Shown here: piece by piece, positions 25,204-37,929 of the stretch
Position numbering within the stretch: the first letter of the stretch is position 1
Layout: each line of letters begins with the position of its first letter
Assembly: GCA_051313645.2 (NCBI GenBank)
Contig: JBNRSN020000006.1
Coordinates: 52,824,001 to 52,888,000 of the forward strand
Length of the DNA stretch: 64,000 bases
Source of the DNA: Centroscyllium fabricii
Taxonomy: Eukaryota
Reading direction: 5' to 3'
Notes under the pieces: generated by a model
The model's input: the letters and a program-made list of their open reading frames with translations, nothing else
The model's database searches: none
What the model was told of the DNA's origin: nothing
Made by a program: the position numbers and the translations under genes

Positions 25204-26653
25204 GCACAAGGGGAGTCACTTGGGTGTTAGACTTACAGAGATTCAGGTGTCCTTAGCGCTGGTCAGACAGCAGACCACTCAAAGTGGCACCTGATGCAGT
25301 TGTCATGTCTGCCATCTCGCGAATGGCCCTTCCACATTGATGCCTTATGCAGGCTAGACAGCAATCGGGCAGGCCTCACAGATATGCAAGGATGCAGACG
25401 CAACATGGCAGAAGGACTTACAGCAAGATACATGAGATTCAATAACAGACTGTAGCTCAATGGTTAAGTGTGAAGGTCCTTGAAATCGGCCTACCTTGAT
25501 GCTGACGCACACCAGCCACCACAACGACTGTGTCAACGGTGTATGGTCCATACGATTACCAACTCAACTGCAGAAACCTCCTGATGATCAGCGACCACCA
25601 GGAAACAAGCCTCACGGCTGAACGTTCAAACCAAACAAACTTCACATGGATGGAGGTGGGCAAACAAAAGATGGGCCAACTGGCCAAAGTACGCACGCAT
25701 CCAACATCATCTGCCTGCAGCTGGTCCCTCACAGCACCTGACCCTGATGGAATGGCCAAGGAGCCATGGGGCCAGCATGCCTCAGCTCTCAAAACACAAA
25801 CGAAATAAGGTGGGTGCAGGCCCACCACACATTCTCCCGCAGCGCTCTCCACAGCTCCTGCCGCATATTTGGGTGCTCTTCCCTGAAGCATCTCCAAGAC
25901 AGCCGGAGGCACATCAGCCCCACCTTCAGAAGAAAATGGGACAATGGTGCCATTATTTTTCTGTACATCCTCCTTCTTTTCAGAGTCTCAGATGAACGTG
26001 GTGACAACGTCAGGGGGTTGGTCCATTTCGATTCGCTGGTCAGGAACCCCGAATTGACTGTGAACCCCACAGCAGAGTCGATGGTTGGTCAGAATCTGTG
26101 GCGCACTTGAAAAGGGAGGGGCACCACGTGAGAGTGGTGGACCCTGAGTGACAATGGAAAGGAACTTGCAATCTCAAAACTGGACTGGCTGAGGTTCAGC
26201 ATTGCTGAGAATGAGTTTCTGACCGTTTAAACCTGCATGTATGCAGCTGAGATGGCTGGGACAACATTAATGCAGTGATGCATAAGTGCTGGTCCTCATT
26301 TGAACAACCATTCATGTGGCCATGGTTGCTTACTGTCGTTATTAAACTGCATGTTGCAGTTGCAACCTTTACTGTTTCTGTGTTCATTATTGCATGTGAT
26401 GGATGGATGGATGGGACCATGTGCATCAATGAAACGTGTGGTGCGTCAGGGGCGTGGGTGCATGCGCGAGCGCAGAAGGCAGGCACAGGCACTTGGCAGC
26501 CCCAGAAGCCGCCCCCCCCCCCCCCCCCACCACCACAAAGATGTTGTTGCAGTCATCGGACTCATGCAGGTATGAGCTATGGAACTGATTGGAGTGTGTC
26601 ACTGAGGATGCGCTGTTAGGATGGTGAGAGTAGCACAAGCTGGCTTGAGTAGC

Positions 26654-27928
26654 CTAAGCAAATCTTGCAAGGATGAGCTCGTTCCTTGCTTGCCGGGCAG
26701 CAACAGTTTCGCGTAATGGTGGCGGTGGCTGGTGTGCAGCTGCAGCAACCCCATCCTCTTCCTCTTCTTCCTCCTCTTCCTCTTCCTCCTCTTCCTCATC
26801 ATCTGAGGAAGGTATGCTTGGAGGCAGGTCTTGGTCAGGAGGTTGCAAGCCACGGCGCTGGGCCATGTTGTGAAGTTGACAGCAAACCACTACCATTCTG
26901 GAGACCCTGGCTGGGGAGTATTGCAGGGCTCCACCTGATCTGTCCAAGCATCTGAAACGCATCTTGAGCAAGCCGATGGTGTGCTCTATAATGCTTCTGG
27001 TGGAGATGTGTGTGGAGTTGTAGTTCTCCTCAGCCTCATTGGCTGGCCTCCTGACCGGCGTCATGAGCCAAGTCCTGAGGGGATAGCCCGTGTCTCCAAG
27101 TAGCCATCCTGGAAGTTCTTCCGGCGGTGTAAAGAGCATAGGCAAGGTTGATTGGCGCAGGATGAAGGAGTCATGGCAGCTGCCAGGGTACCTGACACAC
27201 ACATGCAAAATCACCTTCCTGTGGTCACACACCAGTTGAACATTGAGCGAATGGAAGCCCTTGCGGTTGAGAAAAGCAACTGGGTTGTCGGTGGGTGCCC
27301 TAAGGGCCACATGTGTGCAGTCAATGATGCCCTGCACCCTTGGGAAGTCTGCCAGATGAGCCATTCCAATCACTCGGGCCCTCACACTTGCGCGATCCGT
27401 GGTGAAACAGATGAAATTGTGGGCGAGGGCAAAGAGGGCATCGGTTACCTGCGTGATGCAGGAGTGTGCGGCCGACTGGGAAATTCCGCTGATGTCGGCT
27501 GCTGATCCCTCGAAGGAGCCAGAGGCAAAGCAGTTGCGTGCTGTGGTAACTTTGAGGGCCACTGGTAAGGCATGTCTACCTGGTGTCCTGGGCTCCAGCT
27601 GGTGCTGCAGCATGGCGCAGATGTCTGTGACTGCCTCTCGGGAAAGTCGGAGCCGCCTTTGGCACTGCCGCTCACTCATGTTGAGGTAGGTGGCTCTGAC
27701 TCTGTAGACCCTGTTTGGGGGGTATCTTCTGCGGCGCCGGCCTTCGAAATGCGGATGCCTTCTGGCCCATGCTGCCCCCGGAGGGTCCACAGGAGCGTGA
27801 GGCTCCTGGTGTGGCTGCTGCTGGTGAGGTGGCTCCTGGTGTGGCTGCTGCTGTTGCTGCTGTAGCCGCATCTGCTCCTGGTGGAGATCATGTAATCCCA
27901 AGAAGGGAAGGAAGAAAATGGCTCCCAT
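26654..27928 (-). CDS. Harbinger DDE transposase (HARBI1-like), uninterrupted ORF of 424 aa from MGAIFF
   Basis: [59 protein letters not shown] motifs; acidic C-terminus. ORF track 26654-28153. Confidence 0.92.
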   Translation of the reverse strand: MGAIFFLPFLGLHDLHQEQMRLQQQQQQPHQEPPHQQQPHQEPHAPVDPPGAAWARRHPHFEGRRRRRYPPNRVYRVRATYLNMSERQCQRRLRLSREAVTDICAMLQHQLEPRTPGRHALPVALKVTTARNCFASGSFEGSAADISGISQSAAHSCITQVTDALFALAHNFICFTTDRASVRARVIGMAHLADFPRVQGIIDCTHVALRAPTDNPVAFLNRKGFHSLNVQLVCDHRKVILHVCVRYPGSCHDSFILRQSTLPMLFTPPEELPGWLLGDTGYPLRTWLMTPVRRPANEAEENYNSTHISTRSIIEHTIGLLKMRFRCLDRSGGALQYSPARVSRMVVVCCQLHNMAQRRGLQPPDQDLPPSIPSSDDEEEEEEEEEEEEEEDGVAAAAHQPPPPLRETVAARQARNELILARFA

Positions 27929-30841
27929 GGCTGTGTTGGCAGCCGCGGCTGAGGAAGCACTGAGTGAGGGGGGGAAGTGAGAGGGCTTTCCCAGGTCACA
28001 CTGCAGAAGTGTTTGAGGATGCAACCGCCCACAGATGTGCTGAAGCCTGTTGCAAGTATCCCCAAGACTGAGACAACAAAGTGGTTGCGGAAGCGAATGA
28101 TGGCTGATTAAATGTGAGCCTTCATTGAGTGACCGGCCACAGATACTCAGCAATCCAAGTGAGTTCGCACAAGGGTTTCACCTGACGGGGTTTAGCTTGG
28201 CGGCTTTTGTGCGTGAAACACCTGAAAATGGCTAAGGGCCCTTAAAATGGCATTACAGATGGCAATTAACGGCCCTTAACTACCTTAACAACCATCCCCG
28301 CCGGGTGCTGGCGGGAAAGATTCAGGGCGGGGAAAAAGGCCGCCCAAAAATTCAAACCCGGCGGGGAATGTGCGGGCTTGGGCGGGGACCAAAATGTTCC
28401 GATTTTCACCTCACGGCCGCCCAAAACCCCACCTGACGGGGACATCAAAATCCCCCCCAACGAGGGCGGGTTTGGAACCCGCCTCCAACCCACTTCTGCG
28501 GGATTTTGCCGGTGCCGGGTTTGGAGGGCGGGAAGCGGTCCTGCCTTCAGCTGACCATAGCACATGTTAAGAGGATTAAATGCTCATTAAGGGCCTCTCT
28601 AAGCCTATTTTGAGAGGTCCTCATGATTTTTCAACCATTTCAGCGTGTTCCACGACCCTCCTAAACCAAGCCAGCTAAACCTGGCGGGTTGACAAGTGAG
28701 TGGTCTCCTCACAGCTGCAGGTCCAACAATAAATCGTTTATTTCATCAGGGATTAGTTGCAGGTGCCAGAACTTAGCTTTAAAAAGTCTTTGAGAACTTT
28801 TAGAAGGCCTTCCAAAGTCAGAGGTGCTCCAGCTTGAATCTATCAACTGTGGGACCTCCTTGGAAGACCTTCTCCCCGCTTGCAATGAGTGCTTCCCCAA
28901 TGGAGGCATCTGCAAGCAGCGTGGGAACCATTCGTTTTCTTTCTTCATGACCTCAGATTCGGATGTGGAACATCCACAGCAGCAGCAGAACCAGGCAGCT
29001 CAGGTGCAACAGCAGCAGGAACCCCAACCTCCTGCTCAGCCACCTGATGCTGCACAGGGCAGAAGGCGCCAGCGCATCGAGGCACCTCACCGCAGGAGAT
29101 ATCCCTGACAGAGGGTTTACAGACAGATGATGAGCTACCTCAACATGAGTGAGCAGCAGTGCCAAAGGAGGCTGAGACTTTTGCGAGAGGTTGTCCGAGA
29201 GATCTGCGAAGTGCTGCAGCAATGCCTGGTGCCCAGAGGAATGGGTGGACACCCCTCACCAGTGGCTGTCAAAGTCACCACCGCACTCAACATCTTTGCC
29301 TCAGGCTCCTTCCAGGGAACATCAGCAGTATCTCCCAGTCGGCCGCCCACAGTTGCATCATGCAGGTTACCGATGCCCTTTTTGCTAAGGCCCACAATTA
29401 CATCCAGTTCACAAGGGATCAAGCAAGTATAACCACCTGTTCGGTTGGCTTTGCAAATATGGTAGGCATGCCCATGGTGCAGGGCATCATAGACTGCACA
29501 CATGTGGCCCTTAGGGCACCTCATCACAACCCAGCTATCTTTGTCAACTGAAAGGACTTCCACTCCCTCAACGTACAGCAGGTGTGTAACCACAAGAAGG
29601 AGTTCTTGCATGTCTGCGCCAAGTTCTGTGGTAGTTGCCGTGACTCTTTCATCCTGTGGCACTCTAGGGTTCCTCCGCTTTTCAATCTGCCAAACCAACT
29701 TAATGGATGGCTCCTTGGTGACAAAGGCTACCCCATGAAGAAGTGGCTAATGACGCCGATCAGGAGGCCAGCTAAAGAGGATGAAGAGCGCTACAACACC
29801 AGCCACACTTCGACCAGGTCCATCATCGAGCAAACCATTGGGTTGCTGAAGATGTGCTTCCATTGCCTTGACCAATCAGGGGGAGCCCTGCAGTATACAC
29901 CATACAGGGTCTCTAGAATGGTCGTGGTCTGCACATCACACAGCATCGTGGCTTGCAGCTTCCTGATGAGCAAGTGGCTCAGTTCCAGCCCTCCTCAGAT
30001 GAGGAGGAGGAGGCTGAGGATCAGGAGGATCTAGAGGAGATGGAGGAGCAGGAGGAGGAGGAGGATCTGGAGGAGGAGGAGGATCTGGAGGAGGAGGAGC
30101 AAGATGAGGAGGAGGAGCAAGAGGAGGTCAGAGCGCCAGTGTATCGACCAGCAGCAGCGGCATCACGTGAGCACATGGCTGCCCAGGATGCAAGGGATGA
30201 ACTTATCCTGGTCAGATTTGCATAGGTTACCCAAGTTGACACATGTCCTTGGCTCCATCCTAAGACATCATTGACAATGGACATGACTCCCTGGCCTCCT
30301 ATCACTCAGGCCACTAACCTGACAGCGCAAGTATGACGGAGCCCGCAATGTGGAGCTGCCTAAGGTGAACATTTTGGCATCAACTCATTTTAATGCTTTC
30401 CAACAGGGATGGCATTTCATCAATACACAGAAACATTCTCGCAATCTGCACACAGATCTGGAGGTTATATCCCTTACCAGCTGTACCCACACAGTCTTGG
30501 TTTCTTTGGGAGGCCTCTTCCTCCTAAATGAGTGGAAGAGCTCCTCCCTGCTAGCTGTCACCCCCTCAAACAACATTTGCAGTGCCTCATCTGAGAGCCT
30601 CGGGGAGGCCCTTGCCTTGGAATTGGGCGTCGTGGTTTCTCAGAATATATTGCAGGTGGTGCAGCATAGGCGGAAATCCAGTGGAATGAGCCAAGACAGC
30701 AAGAAGCCATAAAATCAGACTGGAAAAGTGATGGCAGCAGAGGTGAGTTTCAGTCCCAAAACACTAATTGACCAAGGGTATCCCACACCTCTGAAATCAA
30801 GTGGCCAGTCATAGGACAATCGCAATTTTTTGAGAACTATC

Positions 30842-33800
30842 TGACGTATCGTCAATAGTCTAATAAAACTAAAGACGCGTAGTTACCTTAACTAAAGGCT
30901 TTTATTAGCTTACAACGGAGCTACGCTCCGATCGAACATCAGGTACAGAATGAATGGGGGCCGGTCAGTCCCCACCTATAAGGCACTCACCTGAGGGGAG
31001 GAGTTAGAGGTGTGGCTGACCTGGCCCCGCGACAGTGTCGCAATACAGGACAGTTGCATCATGCACCCGACCGCTATACATACATATAATATTGGTGACA
31101 ATATTAGGGTGGTAATAATAGTATATACAACGGTTACCACATTCAACCCTTCTTTGAAAATCAAGTCCGGCGGGGTGAATGGACAGAGCAGTTCATGATT
31201 AGCTTATCCGGCGGTCACTTCTGTCTGGAGGACCGCCGGGTCTCTGTCAAATGTTCTGGTTCCTGCAGCATCGGCGGCGCTGGAGCCGGTGGTGGTGGCG
31301 GCGGCGCTGGTGCCGGTACTGTAGGTGCTGGTGGTGGCGGTGGGTCTGAGCCCTGCGGTTGCTGCTGTGCCTGCAGCTGGTCATCCGAGTCTTGGTCCTC
31401 AGCTGGCAATGGCGGGGGCTCCGAACCATGCGGTAGTGGCGGCCAGCCTCCGGTGGGTAGTGGGTCGTGTATCGGCCAGTGGTCGATATGTAGTGGCTGG
31501 AGGTGGCCGAAATATAGTGGCTGGGCGGGCTGCTGCCCGACCAGGGGCTCTGCTGTGGTGCTCCCGGCGGGCGCTAGGTCCTTGATGGAGACGGTGTCCT
31601 CGCGCCCGACCAGGAACTGTACGTACGCGTACTGCAGGTTGGCGTGCAGCAGCTGCACCTTGTCTACCAGGGGGTCGGTCTTATGGCCGCGGACGTGCTT
31701 CCTAAGTAAGACCGGCCCCGGCATCGTGAGCCAGGGTGGAAGGGCTGTCCCCGAAGTCGACTTCCTGGGGAATGAAAAAATTAAATCGTGAGGTGTGGCG
31801 TTGGTGGCCGTACACAACAGAGAGCATATCGAGTGCAGCGCATCTGGGAGGACTGCCTGCCAACGGGACACTGGAAGGCCTCTGGACTTCAGGGCCAGGG
31901 TGACCGCCTTCCAGATGATCCCATTCTCCCTTTCTACCTGGCCGTTCCCCCAGGGGTTGTAACTGGTCGTTCTGCTCGAGGCAACCCCTTTCTGGAGCAG
32001 AAACTGACGCAGTTCGTCGCTCATGAACGACGCCCCCCGGTCGCTATGGATGTAGCTGGGGAGACCGAAAATGGCGAACAGCGTGGTGAAGTGTTTGATC
32101 ACCGTTGCGCTCGTCATATCTGGGCAGGGGAAGGCGAAGGGGAAGCGGGAGAACTCGTCTACGACCGTGAGGAAGTACAAGTTGCGGTCGGTGGTGGGGA
32201 GGGGGCCTTTGAAGTCCACGCTTAGACGTTCAAAGGGGCGGGTGGCCTTAATGAGATGCGCTGTGTCTGGCCTGAAAAATTGGGGTTTGCACTCGGCGCA
32301 AACAGGGCACTCTCGGGTCATAGCCTTGATCTCCATGATGGAGTAGGGGAGGCTATGGGATTTTACGAAGTGGGCAAGTCTGGTGACACCCGGGTGGCAG
32401 AGGCGATCGTGGAGTTCCTTCAGCCGGTCTAGCTGGGCACTGGCGCATGTTCCCCTGGACAGTGCGTCCGGGGGTTCATTGAGTTTGCCTGGTCGGTAAA
32501 GAATGTCGTACTCGTAAGTCGAGAGCTCGATCCGCCACCACAGGATCTTATCATTCTTGATTTTACCCTTTTGTTTATTGTTAAACATAAACGCGACCGA
32601 CCGTTGGTCGGTGAGCAGGGTAAAACGCTTACCGGCCAGGTAATGATGCCAGTAGCGCACGGCCTCCATGATGGCCTGGGCCTCCTTTTCCACTGCAGAG
32701 TGGCGAATCTCGGGTCCCTGTAAGGTGCGGGAGAAAAACGCTATGGGCCTGCCTGCCTGATTCAGGGTGGCGGCAAGGGCAAAGTCCGAAGCATCACTCT
32801 CCACCTGGAAAGGGATGGATTCATCAACGGCGTGCATGGTCGCCTTGATAATGTCTTCCTTGATCCGGGCGAATGCCGTATGGGCTTCTACCGAGAGGGG
32901 GAAGGCGGCAGCCTTAAGGAGCGGTCTGGCCTTATCCGCGAACTGGGGAACACATTGCGCGTAATAAGAGAAAAATCCCAGACATCTCTTCAGGGCCTTG
33001 GGGTTGTGAGGAAGGGGCAGTTCCTGTAAGGGGCGCATACGCTGTGGGTCGGGGCCGAGGACCCCGTTTTCCACCACGTATCCGAGGATGGCGAGCCGAT
33101 CTGTACTAAAGACACACTTGTCTTTGTTGTATGTGAGATCTAGCCGTTTCGCTGTGTGGAGGAATTTGGCCAGATTGGCATCATGGTCCTGCTGGTCATG
33201 GCCGCAGATGGTCACGTTGTCCAGGTAGGGGAAGGTGGCCTGCAACCCGTTCTGGTCAACCATGCGGTCCATCTCCCTTTGGAACACCGACACTCCGTTG
33301 GTCACGCCGAAGGGGACCCGGAGGAAGTGGTAGAGCCGACCGTTCGCCTCGAAGGCGGTGTACGGGCGGTCGGCTTTCCGGATCGGGAGTTGGTGATACG
33401 CCGACTTAAGGTCGATTGTGGAGAACACCTTGTATTGGGCGATCTGGTTAACCATTTCCGAGATGCGGGGGAGGGGGTAGACATCGAGCCCGGTGTAGCG
33501 GTTAATGGTCTGGCTGTAATCGATAACCATCCGATGTTTCTCGCCAGTCTTAACCACTACAACCTGGGCCCGCCAGGGGCTGGTGCTGGCTTCAATTATC
33601 CCCTCCTTTAGCATACGCCCGACCTCCGACCTGATAAACGTCCGATCTCCTGCACTGTAACGCCGACTTTTGGTAGCAATGGGCTTGCAGTTGGGGTCGA
33701 GGTTGGCGAACAGTGAGGGGGATCGACTTTCAGGGTGGAGAGGCCGCAGGCCGGGCTCCGCTTTGGGAAGAGATTGTCCCGGCTACTGACGGTGAGGGGG

Positions 33801-35825
33801 GGCAGGGTCCCGCTGAACTCCATTGTCAAGCTCTTAAGGTGGCACTGGAAATCCAGTCCCAGTAAGACTGGGGAGCACAACTGTTTGAGAATGTACAATT
33901 TAAAATTACGGAACACGCAGCCCTTAACTGTGAGCGTGACGGAGCAGTAGCCGGTGACGTCCGCGGTGTGGGACTGTGAAGCAAGGGAGACCTGGTAGCG
34001 CGTGGGCCGGATCTGCAGTCCGTAGCGCTGCGCTGTATCGGGGTGAATGAAGCTCTCTGTGCTTCCGGTGTTGAACAGGCAGTTAGTGGCATGGCCGTTG
34101 ACTTTAATCCCCATTATGGAATTTGATAGGGTGTGCGGCCTAGCCTGATCGACTTTCGGGATGGCTGAGGCCGAAGTGTGTGTGTGTGTGTGGGAGCCCT
34201 CCGCTGGTCGGGGCCGTACACAAGATGGCAGCGCCCGTGGTTCGCACATGGCCGGCCTCTGGGGACAAAATGGTGGCGCCGGAGAGTCGCACATGGCTGG
34301 CTGCTGAAGACAAGAGGGCGGCGCCGGGGGGTCGCACATGGCGGGCCGCTGCGGACAGGATGGCGGCGCCCGTGGTTCACACGTGGCGGGCCGCTGTAGA
34401 CGCGGTGGCGGTGCCCGTGGTTCGCACGCAGTGGGCCGCGGTGGCTGGGTTGCCGGTGCCCGTGGTTCGCACGCAGCGGGCCGCGGCGGCTGGGTTGGCA
34501 GTGCCCGTGATTCGCACGCAGCGAGCCGCACTGGGCGGGATGCCGGCGTTGGGGGGTCGCGCATGGCCGGCCGTGGCTGAGTTTGGCGTGCCATGGGTGC
34601 AGCCGGCCTCTGCCGCCTCAGGGTGGGAGACGGGGGCGCTTGTACTCTACCCCCGGACCGTCACTGGGTCGCGCTGCAGTTGCAGCTTACCTGAGGCCAA
34701 GGGCTGGTGTTGGAGCTTTCGCAGGCTGCGCTGTTGTACCTGGAGCTGGGCGCCGGGGCTGATCTGCAGGCCTTGGCTTAGTGTCCTTTCTTTGAGCACC
34801 TCTCGCAGGTCGCGGTCTTCGCTGGGCATCTCGCCCGTGGGTGTAGTCCCTGGCCGCAGAAGTAGCATTTCTTCTCCGCTGGCGTCTTCGCAGCTGCCGC
34901 TGCCATTGTGGGGGTCTCGACCCGTTGTGGGACTGCCCACGCGTCGTAGGCCTGTGGGTTTGGGCCGCCGTACGTCTGCAGCTTGCGGCGTGCGCCCTCC
35001 ACGGCGTTGGCGATAGAGATCGCGTCCTCCAGAATTAGTGTCTTTTTCGAGCAGCCGCTGGCGGGCCTCTGCGGACCTGAGTCCCGTTACATAGGCGTCC
35101 CGGACGAGGAGGTTCGCCTCCTCTTCTGCCGTCCGTGGTTGGCAGCCACAGACCCGGACAAGGGCTTGGTGCGCCTGCTCGAACTGCTCGTTTGACTCAC
35201 TCGGTAGTTGTGGTCTGGTCGCGAGCACATGTCTGGCGTAGACTGAGTGTACCGGGCGCTTGTAGCATTTCCTCAGTTTAGCCACCGCATCGGGATACGT
35301 TGTGGCGTCACGGATGAAGGAGAATACCCGGCTGGAGATCCTGGATCGGAGAACATGTAGCTTGTTCTCTTCGGTTGTAGCCTTGGCGGCGTCCATGTAG
35401 GCCTCCAGGAGACCGAACCAGTGTTCGAAGGTGTTGGCGGCGGCTGGGTCCTGTGGACTAATGTCCAGCTTTTTGGGTTTTACAGCGCCGCTCTCCATTT
35501 TAGAATTTGTCTAAGCTAATAAAATTGACATATCGTCAATTGTTTAATAAAACTAAAGACGCGTAGTTACCTTAACTAAAGGCTTTTATTAGCTTACAAC
35601 GGAGCTACGCTCCGATCGAACATCAGGTACAGAATGAATGGCGGCCGGTCAGTCCCCACCTATAAGGCACTCACCTGAGGGGAGGAGTTAGAGGTGTGGC
35701 TGACCTGGCCCCGCGACAGTGTCGCAATACAGGACAGTTGCATCATGCACCCGACCGCTATACATACATATAATATTGGTGACAATATTAGGGTGGTAAT
35801 AATAGTATATACAACGGTTACCACA
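30842..35825 (-). mobile_element. Full-length Ty3/Gypsy LTR retrotransposon (family 3)
   Basis: 300-bp LTRs at 30842-31141 and 35526-35825, about 4 differences by eye. TSD CTATC/TTATC (one mismatch). Gag ATG at 35498. Confidence 0.95.
31215..33614 (-). CDS. Open RT-RNaseH-integrase portion of the family 3 polyprotein; upstream gag/pro (33608-35498) is frameshifted
   Basis: 799-aa ORF with IDLKSAYHQ, YLDN, ESDAS, HHCC, VDFKGP, HSDRG and GQVER motifs. Confidence 0.9.
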   Translation of the reverse strand: MLKEGIIEASTSPWRAQVVVVKTGEKHRMVIDYSQTINRYTGLDVYPLPRISEMVNQIAQYKVFSTIDLKSAYHQLPIRKADRPYTAFEANGRLYHFLRVPFGVTNGVSVFQREMDRMVDQNGLQATFPYLDNVTICGHDQQDHDANLAKFLHTAKRLDLTYNKDKCVFSTDRLAILGYVVENGVLGPDPQRMRPLQELPLPHNPKALKRCLGFFSYYAQCVPQFADKARPLLKAAAFPLSVEAHTAFARIKEDIIKATMHAVDESIPFQVESDASDFALAATLNQAGRPIAFFSRTLQGPEIRHSAVEKEAQAIMEAVRYWHHYLAGKRFTLLTDQRSVAFMFNNKQKGKIKNDKILWWRIELSTYEYDILYRPGKLNEPPDALSRGTCASAQLDRLKELHDRLCHPGVTRLAHFVKSHSLPYSIMEIKAMTRECPVCAECKPQFFRPDTAHLIKATRPFERLSVDFKGPLPTTDRNLYFLTVVDEFSRFPFAFPCPDMTSATVIKHFTTLFAIFGLPSYIHSDRGASFMSDELRQFLLQKGVASSRTTSYNPWGNGQVERENGIIWKAVTLALKSRGLPVSRWQAVLPDALHSICSLLCTATNATPHDLIFSFPRKSTSGTALPPWLTMPGPVLLRKHVRGHKTDPLVDKVQLLHANLQYAYVQFLVGREDTVSIKDLAPAGSTTAEPLVGQQPAQPLYFGHLQPLHIDHWPIHDPLPTGGWPPLPHGSEPPPLPAEDQDSDDQLQAQQQPQGSDPPPPPAPTVPAPAPPPPPPAPAPPMLQEPEHLTETRRSSRQK

Positions 35826-36377
35826 TTATCTGTGGAGGCGAGTTTCAAACCCACCCAAACCGAAACCCGCCTCCATCTCGCCTCCAGCGAGAAAATCGTC
35901 CCCAACAAGCAGCAATAACTTTATAAACAAAACCCAATAAGTACTATGGTGGAGAGTTTACAATGCGCTGATCTAATAAATACAGGCAATGTTAATGTTA
36001 GCATTTAGTAAACTGAAGTGATCTTTAATTGTTAAGAAACCACTTAGGTTAAAATTGGAGTAAAAAATGCACAATTCAATAATATTTAACTTGACCCAGT
36101 CCTACGCACTTACCAAAATGTAACCTTTGACTAACAAGAATTTATGCAACTTTGGTGGATTTTTTTCCAATACAGTGTCCCTAGCTAATGATATTGCATA
36201 AAGAACAAATAAAGATAAATTCAATATAATTAAAATATATATTTATCAGAACAAACATGCATGATCATGTTTCAATGGTGAGTGAAAGTTGCAAGAAAGT
36301 TTGAAAGTGCAGATCAGATCACTTGAAACACCCAGCTTCTATAACCTTCACCTAATTCAGCAGTGAAACCAAACTTA

Positions 36378-36479
<102 letters not shown>

Positions 36480-36771
36480 CTAAATTAGTTGTGTAGAAAT
36501 CATGAATAGCAGCACATGCGTCACTTGCAAGCAAAAAATACCATGAATAGCAAAAGTACAAATTTTAGGTTGAGAGCATTGATCAGTGCAGAATGGCTGT
36601 TTTTAACAGGTATATTTTATTTTTTAAATGCATCTATTAGTAGATTAGAATTTGATTAATACTCTCACATCAGGAATGCTCTTCTAACACATCTCCTGCA
36701 CTCCTGACAAGATAAAAGGAGAATCTTGTTTGTTTGGCAATCCTCTGTCACCTCTAACCTCCAACTTCTGC

Positions 36772-37200
36772 GTCAGCTGTGGATCAGTGGGTAGCACCCT
36801 CGCCTTTGAGTCAGAAGTTTGTGGGTTCTAAGTCCCACTCCAGGGACCTGAGCACATAAATCTAAGCAGTGCTGAGGGAGTGCTGCACTGTTGGAGGTGC
36901 CATCTTTCAGATGAGACGTTAATCCAAGGCCCTGTCTGCCCTCTCGGGTGGACATAAAAGATCCCACGGCACTATTTTGAAGAAGAGCAGGGGAGTTCTC
37001 CCCAGTGTCCTGGCCAATATTTATCCCTCAATCAACAGAACTAAAACAGTTTATCTGGTCAGTATCACATTGCGGTTTGTGGGAGCCGCATTGCCCACAA
37101 CAGTGACTACACTCTAAAAGTACTTCATTGGCTGTAAAGCACTTTGAGACTCCAGTGGTCATGAAAGGCGCTATATAAATGCAAGTCTTTCTTTCTTTCT
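36772..37200 (+). mobile_element. DeuSINE (SacSINE1/AmnSINE-like)
   Basis: tRNA-like head, Deu-domain-like ggaggtgccatctttcagatgagacgttaa...aaaagatcccacggcacta...gtcctggccaatatt, tail ggcgctatataaatgcaagtctttc. Confidence 0.8.
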
Positions 37201-37929
37201 CTCTTCATTCCAATCCTTCTTTATTTTAATCAATTACTACTCAGACTGTTCCTCTTAAACTCCAAATCTGCCATCCTATATGCGCTTTCCCCTTCCCTCT
37301 ATCTTCGCTTTGTTGAAATCGAGACTTGTCACCACATCTTCTACAATGACTCATACTATCCTCCGATGGTGGACCTTCCTTCCTCCCTCAGTTTTCCCTC
37401 CTTTCGATAATCAATACATTTTTAAAACCCAAACTTTGGATCACCTAATGGTTACTTATTGATTTATCACATTTTCTCGCCAACTTTTTCACCTTCGGTG
37501 ATTTTCTGCACCATAGACCCAAGCCCTTGATCTTGGTTTCTCAGTAACAGAAACCAATGCTGTTGGCCAAATGGTTAGCTAATGGTCATGAATTAAAATG
37601 TATTGGCACAAATATTCTTCTCAGGGATGGCCATCATGCAGTCTCAACCAGTTAGCTTTCCCTGTTCCAATGAAATTCGGCTGGCATCTGCTCTATAGAA
37701 ACATGTTATTGCGATAAGGAAATGGTAGGATATGTAGAGAATACCTAATGGAAGACAGTGGGCCATCTCGCTTATTCTATGAATCAGGAACCCCTAATAA
37801 TTCAAGAGTGAGTTCATGATGATTTTCTTCAAGAATTAAGTAAACTGGATTTACACAATTCCTTGCTGTATATTTATTCCCATAAGTGTTTTATTTTAAA
37901 TTTAATTTTACTCAATATTATTACAAGCA

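Larger units (their letters stand above)
22891..28458. mobile_element. PIF/Harbinger DNA transposon with two convergent genes; boundaries approximate
   Basis: Termini gggggtgattttc / aaaatccccccc. Myb/SANT-like gene on + and DDE transposase on -. No matching TSD seen. Confidence 0.85.
28461..35903. mobile_element. Second, decayed Harbinger element interrupted by a Gypsy: transposase about 28900-30225 (+), Myb-like remnant about 30400-30660 (-)
   Basis: [18 protein letters not shown] and [12 protein letters not shown] with frameshifts and stops. Myb-like PRLSDEALQMLFEGV...KTVWVQLVRDIT. Right terminus gagaaaatcgtcccc at about 35890-35903; left terminus unclear. Confidence 0.8.

Noticed and set aside
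26654-27928. Calling the transposase ORF the host gene HARBI1
   Set aside because: It lies inside a TIR-like bounded element with a Myb partner, and a decayed paralog sits next to it, so it is a transposon copy.
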